A stretch of 64,000 nt of DNA from Thermodesulfobacteriota bacterium (GTDB lineage: Bacteria > Desulfobacterota_D > UBA1144 > Nemesobacterales > Nemesobacteraceae), in assembly GCA_965202785.1 (NCBI GenBank), contig OZ241855.1:544001-608000 (forward strand). The letters run 5' to 3'. The position numbers were made by a program, and so were the translations under genes. Positions 38,044 to 49,163 of the stretch are shown here, one piece after another. The notes beneath the pieces were generated by a model. The model saw nothing but the letters and a program-made list of their open reading frames with translations, searched no databases and was not told the origin of the DNA. Each line of letters begins with the position of its first letter. Positions within the stretch are counted from its first letter, which is position 1.

Positions 38044-40175
38044 GACCTGATTTTTCGAAAATAAATCTCGGCGGCGGTTCAAACGGCAGTGCCGCGCGTG
38101 CGAGCGGAGATGTCGCAAGGGAGTCACCGGAGAAAATAGACATAAAAACGTTTTATGTCCCCGACGACCTCAGCGATTCAGAACACCTGGGATTTGTCTC
38201 CGGAATTCCGCCCTACCTTCGCGGACCCTACCCGACCATGTACCTCACGAGGCCCTGGACCATCAGGCAGTACGCGGGATTCTCCACCGCGGAGGAATCA
38301 AACGCTTTTTACAGGAGAAACCTGGCCGCGGGGCAGAAGGGGCTTTCAATAGCCTTTGATCTTCCGACTCACAGGGGATATGACTCGGATCATCCCAGGG
38401 TTTCGGGAGACGTTGGAAAGGCAGGCGTAGCAATAGATTCGATACTCGACATGGAAATTCTTCTCGATCGAATACCCCTTGATCAGATCTCGGTTTCGAT
38501 GACCATGAACGGCGCGGTTCTGCCGATCATGGCTTTCTACATAGTCGTTGCGGAGCGTCAGGGAGTGGGACCGGAAAAACTCAGCGGAACGATCCAGAAC
38601 GACATACTCAAGGAGTTCATGGTAAGGAACACCTACATTTACCCGCCCGAATTCTCGATGAAGATAGTCTCAGACATTTTCGAATATACATCGAAAAACA
38701 TGCCGAAGTTCAATTCAATAAGCGTAAGCGGCTACCACATGGAAGAAGCGGGCGCCACGTCGGACATAGAGCTTGCCTACACGCTCGCCGACGGCCTTGA
38801 GTACTTAAGGGCGGGTGTTGAGGCGGGACTTAACATTGACGATTTCGCTCCCAGAATTTCCTTTTTCTGGGGAATAGGCATGGACCATTTCATGGAAATC
38901 GCAAAAATGAGGGCGGCGAGGATGCTCTGGGCCAAGATCGTCAAGACCTTTGAGCCCAAAAAGCCGGCTTCACTCATGCTCAGAACTCACTGCCAGACTT
39001 CGGGATGGAGCCTTACGGAACAGGATCCGTTTAACAACGTGACGAGAACATGCGTTGAAGCCCTGAGCGCGGTGCTCGGCGGCACCCAGTCACTCCACAC
39101 AAACGCCCTGGATGAAGCGATCGCCCTTCCCACCGACTTTTCCGCCAGAATAGCGAGAAACACCCAGCTTTATCTTCAGAAAGAAACGGATGTATGCAGG
39201 TTGATCGATCCCTGGGCGGGGTCCTACTATGTCGAGTACCTGACTCACAATCTGGCAAGAAGGGCCTGGGAACTCATAATGGAAATAGAGGAACTGGGAG
39301 GAATGTCCAAGGCCATAGAAACCGGGTTGCCGAAAATGAGAATAGAGGAAGCGGCGGCTCGAAAACAGGCGAGAATAGACTCGGGAAAAGACATAATAGT
39401 GGGAGTCAACAGTTATAATTCGGACGCGCAGGAAGAATTCGATATACTGGAAGTGGATAACCGCAAGGTGAGGGAGAACCAGATTAAAAGACTAGAGAAG
39501 CTCAAGGAAAAAAGGGATTCCGAGGCGGTTGAGCGCGCGCTTCGGAAAATCGCTGAATGTGCAGAAACGGGACAAGGCAACCTTCTCTCCCTGGCAGTTG
39601 AGGCCGCGAGGGAAAACGCCACCCTCGGAGAAATATCGGACGCGTGCGAGGAGGCATGGGGGAGATACAGGCCCGGATGGCGCACGATCTCGGGAGTATA
39701 TTCATCGGAAATTTCGAAGGACGCCGGATTTGTCAAGGCAAGAGAGCTTGCTGACCGCTTCGCCACTCTAGAAGGGAGAAGACCCAGAATACTGGTCGCA
39801 AAAATGGGCCAGGACGGCCACGACCGCGGGGCGAAGATAATAGCAACGGGCTTTGCCGACCTCGGTTTCGACGTGGACATAGGCCCGCTCTTTCAGACCC
39901 CTGAAGAAGCGGCAAGGCAGGCAGTTGAAAACGATGTCCACATAATCGGAATATCAAGCCTGGCCGCCGGCCACAAGACACTCATCCCCGACCTTATAGA
40001 AAAGCTCAACGAGATGGGAGGCGACGACATAATGGTGGTCGCGGGAGGGGTTATACCCAAACGCGATTACGACTACCTGAGGAACGCCGGAGTCTCGCAG
40101 ATATTCGGTCCGGGGACAGTGCTGTCCGAAGCGGCTGAAGCCATACTCGTGCCCCTGACAGAAACCCGAACATGA
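38040..40175 (+). CDS. scpA: Methylmalonyl-CoA mutase large (catalytic) subunit
   Basis: [33 protein letters not shown]. Confidence 0.97.
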   Translation: MRPDFSKINLGGGSNGSAARASGDVARESPEKIDIKTFYVPDDLSDSEHLGFVSGIPPYLRGPYPTMYLTRPWTIRQYAGFSTAEESNAFYRRNLAAGQKGLSIAFDLPTHRGYDSDHPRVSGDVGKAGVAIDSILDMEILLDRIPLDQISVSMTMNGAVLPIMAFYIVVAERQGVGPEKLSGTIQNDILKEFMVRNTYIYPPEFSMKIVSDIFEYTSKNMPKFNSISVSGYHMEEAGATSDIELAYTLADGLEYLRAGVEAGLNIDDFAPRISFFWGIGMDHFMEIAKMRAARMLWAKIVKTFEPKKPASLMLRTHCQTSGWSLTEQDPFNNVTRTCVEALSAVLGGTQSLHTNALDEAIALPTDFSARIARNTQLYLQKETDVCRLIDPWAGSYYVEYLTHNLARRAWELIMEIEELGGMSKAIETGLPKMRIEEAAARKQARIDSGKDIIVGVNSYNSDAQEEFDILEVDNRKVRENQIKRLEKLKEKRDSEAVERALRKIAECAETGQGNLLSLAVEAARENATLGEISDACEEAWGRYRPGWRTISGVYSSEISKDAGFVKARELADRFATLEGRRPRILVAKMGQDGHDRGAKIIATGFADLGFDVDIGPLFQTPEEAARQAVENDVHIIGISSLAAGHKTLIPDLIEKLNEMGGDDIMVVAGGVIPKRDYDYLRNAGVSQIFGPGTVLSEAAEAILVPLTETRT

Positions 40176-41197
40176 CGCCGGACAAAAAAACGGAAGCGGA
40201 AACCTACCGCCAAGGCATAGCCAAGGGAGAAATACCCGCTCTGAGCAGGGCGATAACCCTCGCGGAGAGCACCCTCCCCGAGCATAAAAAGCTTGCGCGG
40301 GAAATAATCACGTGGTGTCTGCCGCGGTCCGGGAAATCCATAAGGGTGGGAATTACGGGTATACCCGGAGTCGGGAAGAGCAGCTTCATAGAATCTCTGG
40401 GTCTCTATCTGGCCCGCGAGTGCGGAAGAAAGATAGCCGTGCTCGCAATCGACCCCACAAGCAGCGAAACCGGGGGAAGCGTTCTGGGCGACAAACTAAG
40501 GATGCAGGAGCTTTCCCGGCACGAAAATGTCTATATAAGACCTTCCCCGTCAGCCGGTTCTCTGGGAGGAGTCGCAAAAAAGACAAGCGACGCCGTGATT
40601 CTCTGCGAGGCGGCCGGGTTCGACACGATCTTTATAGAAACAGTGGGGGTCGGGCAATCCGAAATTACCTGTCACTCCATGGTCGATTTTTTCATGCTGC
40701 TCATGATCACCGGGGCGGGAGACGACATTCAGGGAATAAAGAAGGGAATAATCGAGCGCGCCGACGCGGTACTGATAACCAAAGCGGATGGAAGAAACAA
40801 GAAAAAGGCGGAGCTTATGAAACAGGAAATGGAAGAGTCGCTTAGATTCCACAGACCGCCCGAATCCGGGTGGGTTCCCAAGGCTTGTGCCTGCTCCTCC
40901 GTTACGGGTTACGGAATAAGGGAAATCTGGCAGTGCGTCATGGACTATGAAGATCTCTGCAGAGAAAACGGATACTTTACGGAAAAAAGAAGAAGGCAGT
41001 CTAAATACCGCCTGCACGAAGCGCTCATCCAGAATCTTGAGGACAGCTTTTATGAAAACTCCCTCATCAAAGAAACGCTCGGCAAAGTGGAAAAAGAAGT
41101 AATGGAAGGAAAAACGGATCCCTACACGGGAGCCGCTAACCTGCTCGATCTTTATTTTGAAGAGCTTCGTCCACATCGGTCGCCACAAGAAAAATGA
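40172..41197 (+). CDS. meaB: Methylmalonyl-CoA mutase-associated GTPase
   Basis: [40 protein letters not shown]. Confidence 0.95.
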   Translation: MTPDKKTEAETYRQGIAKGEIPALSRAITLAESTLPEHKKLAREIITWCLPRSGKSIRVGITGIPGVGKSSFIESLGLYLARECGRKIAVLAIDPTSSETGGSVLGDKLRMQELSRHENVYIRPSPSAGSLGGVAKKTSDAVILCEAAGFDTIFIETVGVGQSEITCHSMVDFFMLLMITGAGDDIQGIKKGIIERADAVLITKADGRNKKKAELMKQEMEESLRFHRPPESGWVPKACACSSVTGYGIREIWQCVMDYEDLCRENGYFTEKRRRQSKYRLHEALIQNLEDSFYENSLIKETLGKVEKEVMEGKTDPYTGAANLLDLYFEELRPHRSPQEK

Positions 41198-41667
41198 TCA
41201 TTAAAGCCCTCTCACCGAAATACATAAACGAGATCGTGAAGATCGAAAACGAGTCCTTCATCGCCCCGTGGCCGAAACAGGTGCTCGCAGATTACATCAA
41301 AAAACCCGGGTTTTTCTGCAATATAGCCATAAACGGAAGTGATGAAGATGTTGCGGGCTACTCAATATCCACCCTTGTCTACGACGAAATTCACATATTC
41401 AAGATTGCCGTGGCATCCTGTCACAGGAGAAAGGGAACAGCGATTGAACTGCTCTCAGACACCTTTAATTTTTATGAAAAGATGGGGGCCCTCTCGGTTA
41501 TCCTCGAGGTAAGAACGACAAACACCCCGGCGATCACGCTTTACGAAAAGCTCGGGTTTGAGATTCTCAGAACACGCAAGAATTACTACGGCAGGGGGAG
41601 AGGGGACGCATATGTCATGGGTCTTGCGCTTGACAGCTACTATCAGAAGTTTCTCTCGGCCACGTAA
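41194..41667 (+). CDS. rimI: Ribosomal-protein-alanine N-acetyltransferase
   Basis: IE..SF..PW, IAV..RRKG, LEVR..N..AI.LYEKLGF....RKNYY. Confidence 0.85.
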   Translation: MIIKALSPKYINEIVKIENESFIAPWPKQVLADYIKKPGFFCNIAINGSDEDVAGYSISTLVYDEIHIFKIAVASCHRRKGTAIELLSDTFNFYEKMGALSVILEVRTTNTPAITLYEKLGFEILRTRKNYYGRGRGDAYVMGLALDSYYQKFLSAT

Positions 41668-42626
41668 TCGGCAAGGCAACCGAGGGATTCCTTATAATCG
41701 TTCTGCGGTATCTCGTCCAGAGATTTTTTCGCTTCAACCACAAATTCTTTTGCCCGCTGTCTGGTCAAATCGACCCCGCGGTAGTGGGCTACTAACTGCG
41801 ATATCTCCGCTATCTCGGAATTATCGAGATCATCTTCCTTGTCAAGCGTTTCGATCACTTTGCGTCTCACGTCTTCCGGGGCGTTCTCAATCGAGTAGTA
41901 GAGCGGAAGGGTCATCTTCCGTTCAGCCAGATCCTGTCCGGTCTTTTTCCCGAACTTGGTTTCCTCAGAACAGTAATCGAGTGCATCGTCTATAAGCTGA
42001 AACGCTATTCCTATGTTGCGTCCATAGTGTGAAAGAGCCTTGACCGCTCCGTTTGAAGTATTCGCCAGAAGCGCCCCGGTCTCGGTCGAGCACTCAATGA
42101 GCGCAGCCGTTTTGTGGTCAATCACGGAAAAACAGAAGTCCTCCGAGATTTCGATCATTTTTCTTTCGCTCATAATCTCGAGCACATGGCCCTCGGCAAG
42201 GCGCGATGAAGCCCTGGAAACCACTCTCAGGAGTTCAAGGCTGCCGCAGCTGTATATAAGCTCAAGACCCCGGGCCAGCATAAAATCTCCCACAAGCACG
42301 GTGGGTTTGTTTCCCCAGACCATATTTGAAGAGGCGTTTCCCCTTCTGAACTCCGCCTGATCAACCACATCGTCGTGAAAAAGGGTGCCTGCGTGGAAAA
42401 GTTCAATCCCTGCGGCGGCCGCGATCCGGTTTTCCCCATCGGTAAGCCCGCAGGCGGCGCTTGAGAGAAGAACCAGGGAAGGCCTGATTCTCTTTCCTCC
42501 TCCACCAAGCAGATACTTGGCTATTTCGTAAACCAGAGGAACATCGGATTTTATGAATTCATCGATTTTCCCCTCTGTTTCCGCGAGGCTCGGGTGAATT
42601 ATCTCAATTATGTCTGAGAACTCCAT
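41643..42626 (-). CDS. ispB: Polyprenyl diphosphate synthase
   Basis: GGKRIRP, HDDVVD..RRG, KTA, FQLIDDALD. Confidence 0.9.
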   Translation of the reverse strand: MEFSDIIEIIHPSLAETEGKIDEFIKSDVPLVYEIAKYLLGGGGKRIRPSLVLLSSAACGLTDGENRIAAAAGIELFHAGTLFHDDVVDQAEFRRGNASSNMVWGNKPTVLVGDFMLARGLELIYSCGSLELLRVVSRASSRLAEGHVLEIMSERKMIEISEDFCFSVIDHKTAALIECSTETGALLANTSNGAVKALSHYGRNIGIAFQLIDDALDYCSEETKFGKKTGQDLAERKMTLPLYYSIENAPEDVRRKVIETLDKEDDLDNSEIAEISQLVAHYRGVDLTRQRAKEFVVEAKKSLDEIPQNDYKESLGCLADYVAERNF

Positions 42627-42756
42627 CGGACGCTTAGACTATACGAACGAACCCGACAAGTCAAAGACTGGACACCGCCTTTAACCTGATGTAAGTTTCC
42701 TTTTTTAAATGAAATTTTTCGTAAAACAGTCCGCAAGAACGTAACGGTAAACCGAT

Positions 42757-43293
42757 TTGAACCTGTTCGATATCCTACTCTTATTAATAATCTTGGCCTG
42801 TTTCGGGGGGGGACTCAGGTCAGGACTTATAAAGCAGTTTTTCTCTCTGGCCGCCATAATAGGGGGAGTAGCGCTGGGCTTTTTCTTCTATGAGCCGTTG
42901 GGGGCCATTCTTCTTGAAAAGAACATTATCGCCGAACCGAGAATCGCTGACATTCTGGGATTTCTGATCGTAGCCTCCCTTGCGTACATGCTCATACATT
43001 ATCTTTCCCATTTCCTGACGGACCTGCTTGAAAAAATCAAGATGGGATGGATTAACCACCTCCTCGGCGGGGCGATGGGCTTTATAATCGGTCTATTGCT
43101 CTGCTACATAATGGTAACCGGGGTCAAGCAGTTTGTGGATGAAGATGCTCCTTTCATCAAGAATTCCGTTCTGGCCCCCAAAGTCATCACCGGATATCAC
43201 ATTATCAGGGAACAGGCGCCGGATGATCTTGACGAGAGCTTGGAAAAACTCCTGGAGCTGCGGGAAGAAAAACGGAACTCAGACTTCGAGTGA
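42757..43293 (+). CDS. cvpA: CvpA family membrane protein
   Basis: MNLFDI...G.RSGL..Q, NHLLGGAMG; 4 transmembrane helices. Confidence 0.8.
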   Translation: MNLFDILLLLIILACFGGGLRSGLIKQFFSLAAIIGGVALGFFFYEPLGAILLEKNIIAEPRIADILGFLIVASLAYMLIHYLSHFLTDLLEKIKMGWINHLLGGAMGFIIGLLLCYIMVTGVKQFVDEDAPFIKNSVLAPKVITGYHIIREQAPDDLDESLEKLLELREEKRNSDFE

Positions 43294-43497
43294 GAGAGGA
43301 TAAACCGCAGACTTACAAAGCAGTTTTCCCCGCGGCACTGCCTAGGAATCCCGCAGCTCCGAGCCGCTTTTGAGGCCGAGGCACTGTTTTTTTCAATCAC
43401 TGTTAACCAGTATTCCCTTAATTAACTGCGCTGATTCAGTTAGACTCTTATTTGAAGAGCGTTTTGTCCATGGCCTTTCTCTAGAGCAACTCGCAAC

Positions 43498-44517
43498 ATG
43501 GTTTCGATAACTACTCTTGACGAATTCATCATAAAAAATCAGTATGAATTCCCCTATTCCACCGGGGAGCTCTCCAGGCTGCTTCGGGATATAGGGTTCG
43601 CGGCGAAAATAGTTCACAGGGAAGTAAACAAAGCCGGTCTGGTCGCGGACATCCTGGGCAAAACGGGTCAGGTAAACATCCAGGGAGAAGAGGTAAGAAA
43701 GCTTGATTCCTACGCGAATGAAAGGTTTCTGACCGCGCTTGAACATGGCGGAGAATGCGCCGGGGTGGCTTCTGAGGAAAACGAGGATTTCATAGCATTT
43801 TCCGACGAGAACTCGAGAAACTCAAAATACGTCATAGCCATCGATCCTCTCGACGGATCCTCCAACATAGACGTGAACGTATCGGTCGGAACCATATTTT
43901 CCGTATACAGAAGAACGTCAAAGATGTTTTCCCCGTGTCTAAAGGAGGATTTTCTGCAGCCGGGCAAGGCCCAGACGGCCGCCGGATACATAATATACGG
44001 TTCTTCAACCATGCTGGTGTACACTACCGGCCACGGAGTAAACGGGTTTACTCTTGACCCGTCGATAGGAGAGTTCTGCCTCTCTCATCCGAACATAAAG
44101 ATCCCGAGCCACGGCAGCATCTTCTCGGTCAACTACTATAACTACTCGAAATTCCCCGACAGGGTAAGGACCTATCTTGATCACTGCAGGGACGGGGAGA
44201 ACAATTCCAGCCTTTCGCTGAGGTACGTCGGGTCCATGGTGGCAGATATACACAGAAACCTGCTCAAGGGAGGAATATTCCTTTATCCGAAAACCTCGGA
44301 TTCTCCCAACGGAAAACTCAGACTTCTCTACGAGTGCAACCCGATGGCCTTCATCGTGGAACAGGCCGGAGGAGCGTCGTCAAGCGGAACGGAAAGAACT
44401 CTTGACATTCAGCCGAAGGAACTTCACCAGAGAACCCCCATATATATAGGTTCCTACAACATGGTAAGTAAGTTCCTCAATTTCTTGAAGGACACCAAAG
44501 AACCTGAGGAGGAGTAA
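43498..44517 (+). CDS. fbp: Fructose-1,6-bisphosphatase class 1
   Basis: [29 protein letters not shown]. Confidence 0.97.
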   Translation: MVSITTLDEFIIKNQYEFPYSTGELSRLLRDIGFAAKIVHREVNKAGLVADILGKTGQVNIQGEEVRKLDSYANERFLTALEHGGECAGVASEENEDFIAFSDENSRNSKYVIAIDPLDGSSNIDVNVSVGTIFSVYRRTSKMFSPCLKEDFLQPGKAQTAAGYIIYGSSTMLVYTTGHGVNGFTLDPSIGEFCLSHPNIKIPSHGSIFSVNYYNYSKFPDRVRTYLDHCRDGENNSSLSLRYVGSMVADIHRNLLKGGIFLYPKTSDSPNGKLRLLYECNPMAFIVEQAGGASSSGTERTLDIQPKELHQRTPIYIGSYNMVSKFLNFLKDTKEPEEE

Positions 44518-44519
44518 AA

Positions 44520-45566
44520 ATGGGTGAAAAAATAAGCTTCGGGCTTACCGCCCCACTTCCGGGAAAACCGGTTACGGAACTTGTGGACTTCGCCGTGCGC
44601 TGCGAGGAGGCCGGTTTCGACGCCGTGTGGTATCCAGACCACATACTGTTTATGGCGAAAAAACTGACTCCCGAAGTATGGTCGGTAATCACGGCCGCGG
44701 CGGTAAAGACTGAAAGAATCCGCCTTGGAGCCATAGGGGATCCTCACAGGTCCCATCCCGCGATGTTCGCCCACAGACTCGCGACCATAGACAACCTCTC
44801 CGGGGGAAGAGCGTTCAGCTGCCTTGGGTACGGGGAAAAAATGAATCTTGACTACTACGGCATAAGCTGGAACAGGCCTCTTGCGCGTCTTAGGGAATCC
44901 GTGCCGCTTATGAGGCGGCTTTGGGCCGGGGAGACGGTAACCTTCGAAGGGGAATTCTTCTCTCTCAGCGAAGCCGAAGTAAGGGTAAGCCCCGTTAACG
45001 GAAAGGATGTTCCCGTATACATCGCCGCGACCGGACCGAAGGCTCTCGGGGTCGCAGGCGCGCTCGGAGATGGCTGGGTAACAAACGCAATGCCCACATG
45101 GGTTTTCTCGAGCAAGCTCGCCGAAGTGGAAAAAGCCATGGGCGAGAACGCCGCGGCGGCGGCAAACTTTGAGAAATGCATATATATTTTCGTGTCCGTA
45201 GCCGAGGATAAGGACACCGCCTACGAAACCCTTGACAGAATAAAGCACGCTATAATCTGGCCCGACGTGATAGAGGAAGCCGGGTACGACCTCGAAATAG
45301 AACCGCAGTACAAGGGGCTTTCCTATACGAGCATAATGCCCAACGATCAGGACATGCTAGCAAGATTCAGGCAGATGGGGGAAAAATACTATACGAGGGA
45401 TATACTGTCGGACTTCGTTATATACGGAACGGCCGACGACGCGATAAAAAGGTTCGAACAATACATAGAAGCCGGAGTTACCCACTTCATAATCAGGGAT
45501 TTCAGCCCTGATCTGGAATACTCCTTCAATGCCCTTTCAGGAGAAGTGATAAATCACTTCAGGTAG
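44520..45566 (+). CDS. LLM-class flavin/F420-dependent oxidoreductase
   Basis: EEAGFDAVW.PDH, ATIDNLSGGR...G.GE..N, PVYIAA.GPK, DGW. Confidence 0.85.
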   Translation: MGEKISFGLTAPLPGKPVTELVDFAVRCEEAGFDAVWYPDHILFMAKKLTPEVWSVITAAAVKTERIRLGAIGDPHRSHPAMFAHRLATIDNLSGGRAFSCLGYGEKMNLDYYGISWNRPLARLRESVPLMRRLWAGETVTFEGEFFSLSEAEVRVSPVNGKDVPVYIAATGPKALGVAGALGDGWVTNAMPTWVFSSKLAEVEKAMGENAAAAANFEKCIYIFVSVAEDKDTAYETLDRIKHAIIWPDVIEEAGYDLEIEPQYKGLSYTSIMPNDQDMLARFRQMGEKYYTRDILSDFVIYGTADDAIKRFEQYIEAGVTHFIIRDFSPDLEYSFNALSGEVINHFR

Positions 45567-45580
45567 GACCCCGACACTAC

Positions 45581-46654
45581 TCAGGCAATCGTGATTTCCC
45601 GCTCCAGGTAAACATTCTGAATGCTTTTCAGAAGCGCGACGCCTTCGCGCATGGGCTTCTGGAAAGACTTCCTTCCGCTTATGAGCCCCATCCCCCCGGC
45701 CCTTTTATTTACGATGGCGGTTCTAACCGCATCTCCAAGATCGTCTGAGCCTGAAGCGCCCCCAGAATTTATAAGTCCTATCCTTCCCATGTAGCAGTTC
45801 GCGAGCTGATAGCGGGTAAGGTCTATGGGGTGATCGGAAGTCAGCTTTGAATAAACGCGCTCATGGGTTTTTCCGAAGGAAAGGGCCGTAAAGCCTCCGT
45901 TGTTCTCCGGTAGCTTCTGCTTGACTATATCGGCTCCCACGCTCACCGAAAGGTGGTTTGCCTGTCCCGTGAGGTCAGCCGAAACATGATAATCGGCCTC
46001 GTCCTGCTTGAAGGCCGGATTTCTCAGATAAGCCCAGAGTATGGTCGCAAGTCCCAGAGAATGGGCGTGGCTGAAAACCTCGGATATTTCCTGGATCTGG
46101 CGGGAGCTTTCCTCGGAACCGAAATATATCGTCGCTCCGACCGCCACGGCCCCCATCTGAAAAGCCTGATCCACGTTTCCGAAAAGAATCTGATCGAAAG
46201 TGTTGGGGTAGCTTAGCAGCTCATTGTGGTTGATTTTAGCTATGAAGGGGATTTTGTGCGCGTATTTTCTTGAGACAGAGGCCAGCACTCCCACGGTCGA
46301 GGCAACGGCATTACATCCTCCTTCCATGGCGAGCTTCACAATGTTCTCGGGATCGAAATAAAGCGGATTGACCGCGAAAGACGCTCCAGCCGAGTGCTCA
46401 ATCCCCTGGTCCACCGGAAGAATTGATACGTATCCGGTTCCTCCGAGACGGCCGTGATTAAGAATGGTCTGCAGGTTTCTTATCACCGCGGGCGAGCGGT
46501 CGTTCTGGACGAATACCTCGTCTATGTAACCCGGCCCCGGAAGATAAAGGCTTTTTTTGCTTATAGTCGTGCACTTGTGACCGAGAAGGTATTCCGAATC
46601 CTCCCCCAGAAACGCCTGTATCTTATCGATTCCCTTAAGTTCTTTTATGGCCAT
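45581..46654 (-). CDS. fbaB: Fructose-bisphosphate aldolase class I (DhnA/FbaB)
   Basis: [26 protein letters not shown]. Confidence 0.95.
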   Translation of the reverse strand: MAIKELKGIDKIQAFLGEDSEYLLGHKCTTISKKSLYLPGPGYIDEVFVQNDRSPAVIRNLQTILNHGRLGGTGYVSILPVDQGIEHSAGASFAVNPLYFDPENIVKLAMEGGCNAVASTVGVLASVSRKYAHKIPFIAKINHNELLSYPNTFDQILFGNVDQAFQMGAVAVGATIYFGSEESSRQIQEISEVFSHAHSLGLATILWAYLRNPAFKQDEADYHVSADLTGQANHLSVSVGADIVKQKLPENNGGFTALSFGKTHERVYSKLTSDHPIDLTRYQLANCYMGRIGLINSGGASGSDDLGDAVRTAIVNKRAGGMGLISGRKSFQKPMREGVALLKSIQNVYLEREITIA

Positions 46655-46708
46655 GTGTTCACCCCTGAAAAATTTCAGATTCTACCGAAATAAATACCTG
46701 ATAGGGCC

Positions 46709-47905
46709 CTAGCTGTCACTGAGAACCGATATTCCCGGGAGGTCGGATCCTCCGAGGAACTCGAAACAGGCACCGCCCCCAGTCGAAACGTGGGTTGCTT
46801 CTGAGAACTTGACTCCGGACTTTTTAAGCGACGCCACACTGTCCCCTCCTCCGAGAACCGTGGTAGCCCCCCTCCACGTGGCAAGCGCGAACGATCTGGC
46901 GATGGCGCTTGTGCCGTTTGAGAAATCGTCCACTTCGAAAAATCCCATTGGACCGTTCCAGAAAACCGTACCCTCTCCCTTTATATGCGAAGTGAATTTC
47001 TCAACCGTCTTAGGCCCTATGTCAAAAGCCGTCATGTCGTCGAGGATCTCAGCGCCCGTAACCGCAAGAGTCTTCTTGCCGCCGGCAGACTCAGCCATTA
47101 CGTGGTCAACGGGCAGAAGGATCTTTTCCTTGTAGGTGTCAAGGGCTTCCCGGGCCCAGTAGAGCATCTCCCTCTCCACAGAACATTTTCCTACGTTCAC
47201 TCCCTGCGCCGCCAGAAAGGTATAAGCCACCCCACCGCCCACAAGAACCTTGTCTGCCTTCTTGATTATATTCTTTAGGGCTCCTATCTTGTCCTTTATC
47301 TTCATTCCCCCGACAATGACTAAGTAGGGTTTTTTGGGTCTCTTTATTAAACGGCTCAGAAACTTCATTTCGTTTCCAACCATGAGGCCCGCGAGCTTCT
47401 TATCGAAGTGAGTGGTCATTCCGTAGGTGGAGGCATGGGCCCTGTGCGAGGTGCCGAAAGCCTCGTTCACGTAGATATCGGCTAAGGACGCGAGTTTTTT
47501 CGAGAAATCCGCATCATTTTCCTGTTCCTCGTTGTGGTACCTCAGGTTTTCAAGGAGCATCACCTCGCCGTTTTTGAGTCTTTTCGAGGTGTTCTTAACT
47601 TTGCTGCCGACAACCGCGCCCGGAAAATGGATCTTGGTTCCCAGAAACTCATTAAGCCTGGCGGCCACAGGAGCCATGGAAAGACGTTCTATCCTGCGTC
47701 CCTTCGGTCTTCCCATGTGGGAAGCCAGTATTACCCTAGCCCCGCATCTTGTAAGGTAATCGATCGTGGGGATAGTGCGTCTTATCCTGTAGTCTTCGGT
47801 TATCTTTCTGCCGTTTACGGGAACGTTGAAATCAACCCTTACGAAAACTCTTTTCCCCTCGTACTCCGAGCAGGGAAGGTCCGTTACAAGAAGCTTTTTC
47901 TTCAA
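46709..47905 (-). CDS. pgk: Phosphoglycerate kinase
   Basis: RVDFNVP, SHMGRP, LENLR, WNGPMG, GGGDS, STGGGA. Confidence 0.96.
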   Translation of the reverse strand: MKKKLLVTDLPCSEYEGKRVFVRVDFNVPVNGRKITEDYRIRRTIPTIDYLTRCGARVILASHMGRPKGRRIERLSMAPVAARLNEFLGTKIHFPGAVVGSKVKNTSKRLKNGEVMLLENLRYHNEEQENDADFSKKLASLADIYVNEAFGTSHRAHASTYGMTTHFDKKLAGLMVGNEMKFLSRLIKRPKKPYLVIVGGMKIKDKIGALKNIIKKADKVLVGGGVAYTFLAAQGVNVGKCSVEREMLYWAREALDTYKEKILLPVDHVMAESAGGKKTLAVTGAEILDDMTAFDIGPKTVEKFTSHIKGEGTVFWNGPMGFFEVDDFSNGTSAIARSFALATWRGATTVLGGGDSVASLKKSGVKFSEATHVSTGGGACFEFLGGSDLPGISVLSDS

Positions 47906-48909
47906 AGCGTTTCCCCTACGAGTTCTATAAGATCAACCACCCTGGAAGTGTATCCGTACTCGTTGTCGTACCAGGCGACAACCTTGACCAGGTTATCCTC
48001 CACCACCGAAGTCAGCATTGAATCAAAGGAGCAGGAATGAGTATCTCCCACAAGATCGGAAGAGACGATTTCGTCCTCGACATACGCAAGGTAGCCGCCC
48101 AAGGTTCCCTCGGCCGCTTCCTTGAACTTGGCGTTCACTTCATCCACAGAAGTTCCTTTTTCCACCTCGCAGGAAAAATCCACAAGCGACACGTTGGGCG
48201 TGGGCACCCTTACGGCTACCGCGGAGAGTTTCCCTTTCAGTTCGGGAAAAACGATCTGTATGGCGTTTGCGGCCCCCGTGCTGGTAGGGATAATGGAGAG
48301 GGCAGCCGCTCTGGCCCTTCTTTTATCCTTATGCGGAGTGTCAAGTATTCTCTGATCGTTCGTATAGGAGTGTATAGTGGTCATCTCTCCGCGTCTGATT
48401 GAGAAATTTTCGTGGAGAACCTTGACCAGCAACCCGAAGCAGTTGGTCGTGCAGGACGCATTTGAAATCACGTCGTGACCTTCGGGCTCGTAGTCGTCAT
48501 CGTTTATGCCCATTACCGTGGTGAAATCCACCTTGCCGCTTGCCGGCGCGGTAATTATCACCTTTTTCACGGTCTCACCCATGTGTGCCGCGGCGGCCTC
48601 GCGGGTTCTGAAAATGCCGCTTGCCTCCGCTATAACTTGTGCTCCCGTTTCGGCCCAGGGAATATTCGCGGGGTCTCTCTCCGAAAACACCCTTATGAAC
48701 TTTCCATCTACGGTTATTCCCTCGTCGTTGCGCTCGACCTCTCCCGGGTAGCGGCCGAATACCGAATCGTACTTGAAAAGATGGGCCAGGGTTTCGGTGT
48801 CCGTAATATCGTTTATGCCCACGAACTCAAGGTCTTCTCTGCCGAGACCTATTCTGAGCACGTGCCTTCCTATTCTTCCAAACCCGTTTATTCCAACCCT
48901 GATGGACAT
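47902..48909 (-). CDS. gap: Glyceraldehyde-3-phosphate dehydrogenase
   Basis: GINGFGRIGR, SNASCTTNC, WYDNE; ATG 48909 after GGAGG. Confidence 0.97.
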   Translation of the reverse strand: MSIRVGINGFGRIGRHVLRIGLGREDLEFVGINDITDTETLAHLFKYDSVFGRYPGEVERNDEGITVDGKFIRVFSERDPANIPWAETGAQVIAEASGIFRTREAAAAHMGETVKKVIITAPASGKVDFTTVMGINDDDYEPEGHDVISNASCTTNCFGLLVKVLHENFSIRRGEMTTIHSYTNDQRILDTPHKDKRRARAAALSIIPTSTGAANAIQIVFPELKGKLSAVAVRVPTPNVSLVDFSCEVEKGTSVDEVNAKFKEAAEGTLGGYLAYVEDEIVSSDLVGDTHSCSFDSMLTSVVEDNLVKVVAWYDNEYGYTSRVVDLIELVGETL

Positions 48910-48969
48910 CGCAAAACCTCCGAAACTTGACTTCGCAAAACCTGAAACTTGACTTTGAAATTCGCAAAA
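48909..48969. repeat. Tandem near-duplication in the gap 5' UTR
   Basis: TCGCAAAACCTCCGAAACTTGACT (48909-48932), TCGCAAAACCTGAAACTTGACT (48933-48954) and partial TCGCAAAA (48962-48969). Confidence 0.7.
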
Positions 48970-48996
48970 ATTATACACTTGCCCGCCGTTAGTCAA
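48970..48996 (-). promoter_or_regulatory. Putative sigma70 promoter of gap-pgk-fbaB
   Basis: TTGACT-N15-TATAAT on the minus strand; spacer is short. Confidence 0.45.
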
Positions 48997-49095
48997 TAGG
49001 AAAATCAATTTGAGAAGAAATACCGCATCTCGTTGCGTGGCCAGACCACCCCGTTAGCCACGCAAACACCAAGCATAACGGTTTTTAATCGGTTT

Positions 49096-49156
49096 TTTCC
49101 ACCCCGCATTCAGTTAACCAAGCCCCCTGAAATACCTTTTTAATTGTACCGGATAA
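49096..49156. repeat. Degenerate ~60-bp direct repeat, copy 1 (downstream of RND permease)
   Basis: TTTCCACCC..GT.AACC..CCTTTT..TAATT.TACCGGATAA shared with 52422-52483. Confidence 0.5.
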
Positions 49157-49163
49157 CCGTGCG

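Noticed and set aside
49033-49065. Hairpin TTGCGTGGC...GCCACGCAA as a terminator or ncRNA
   Set aside because: 15-nt loop and no adjacent U-tract; not enough evidence for a call
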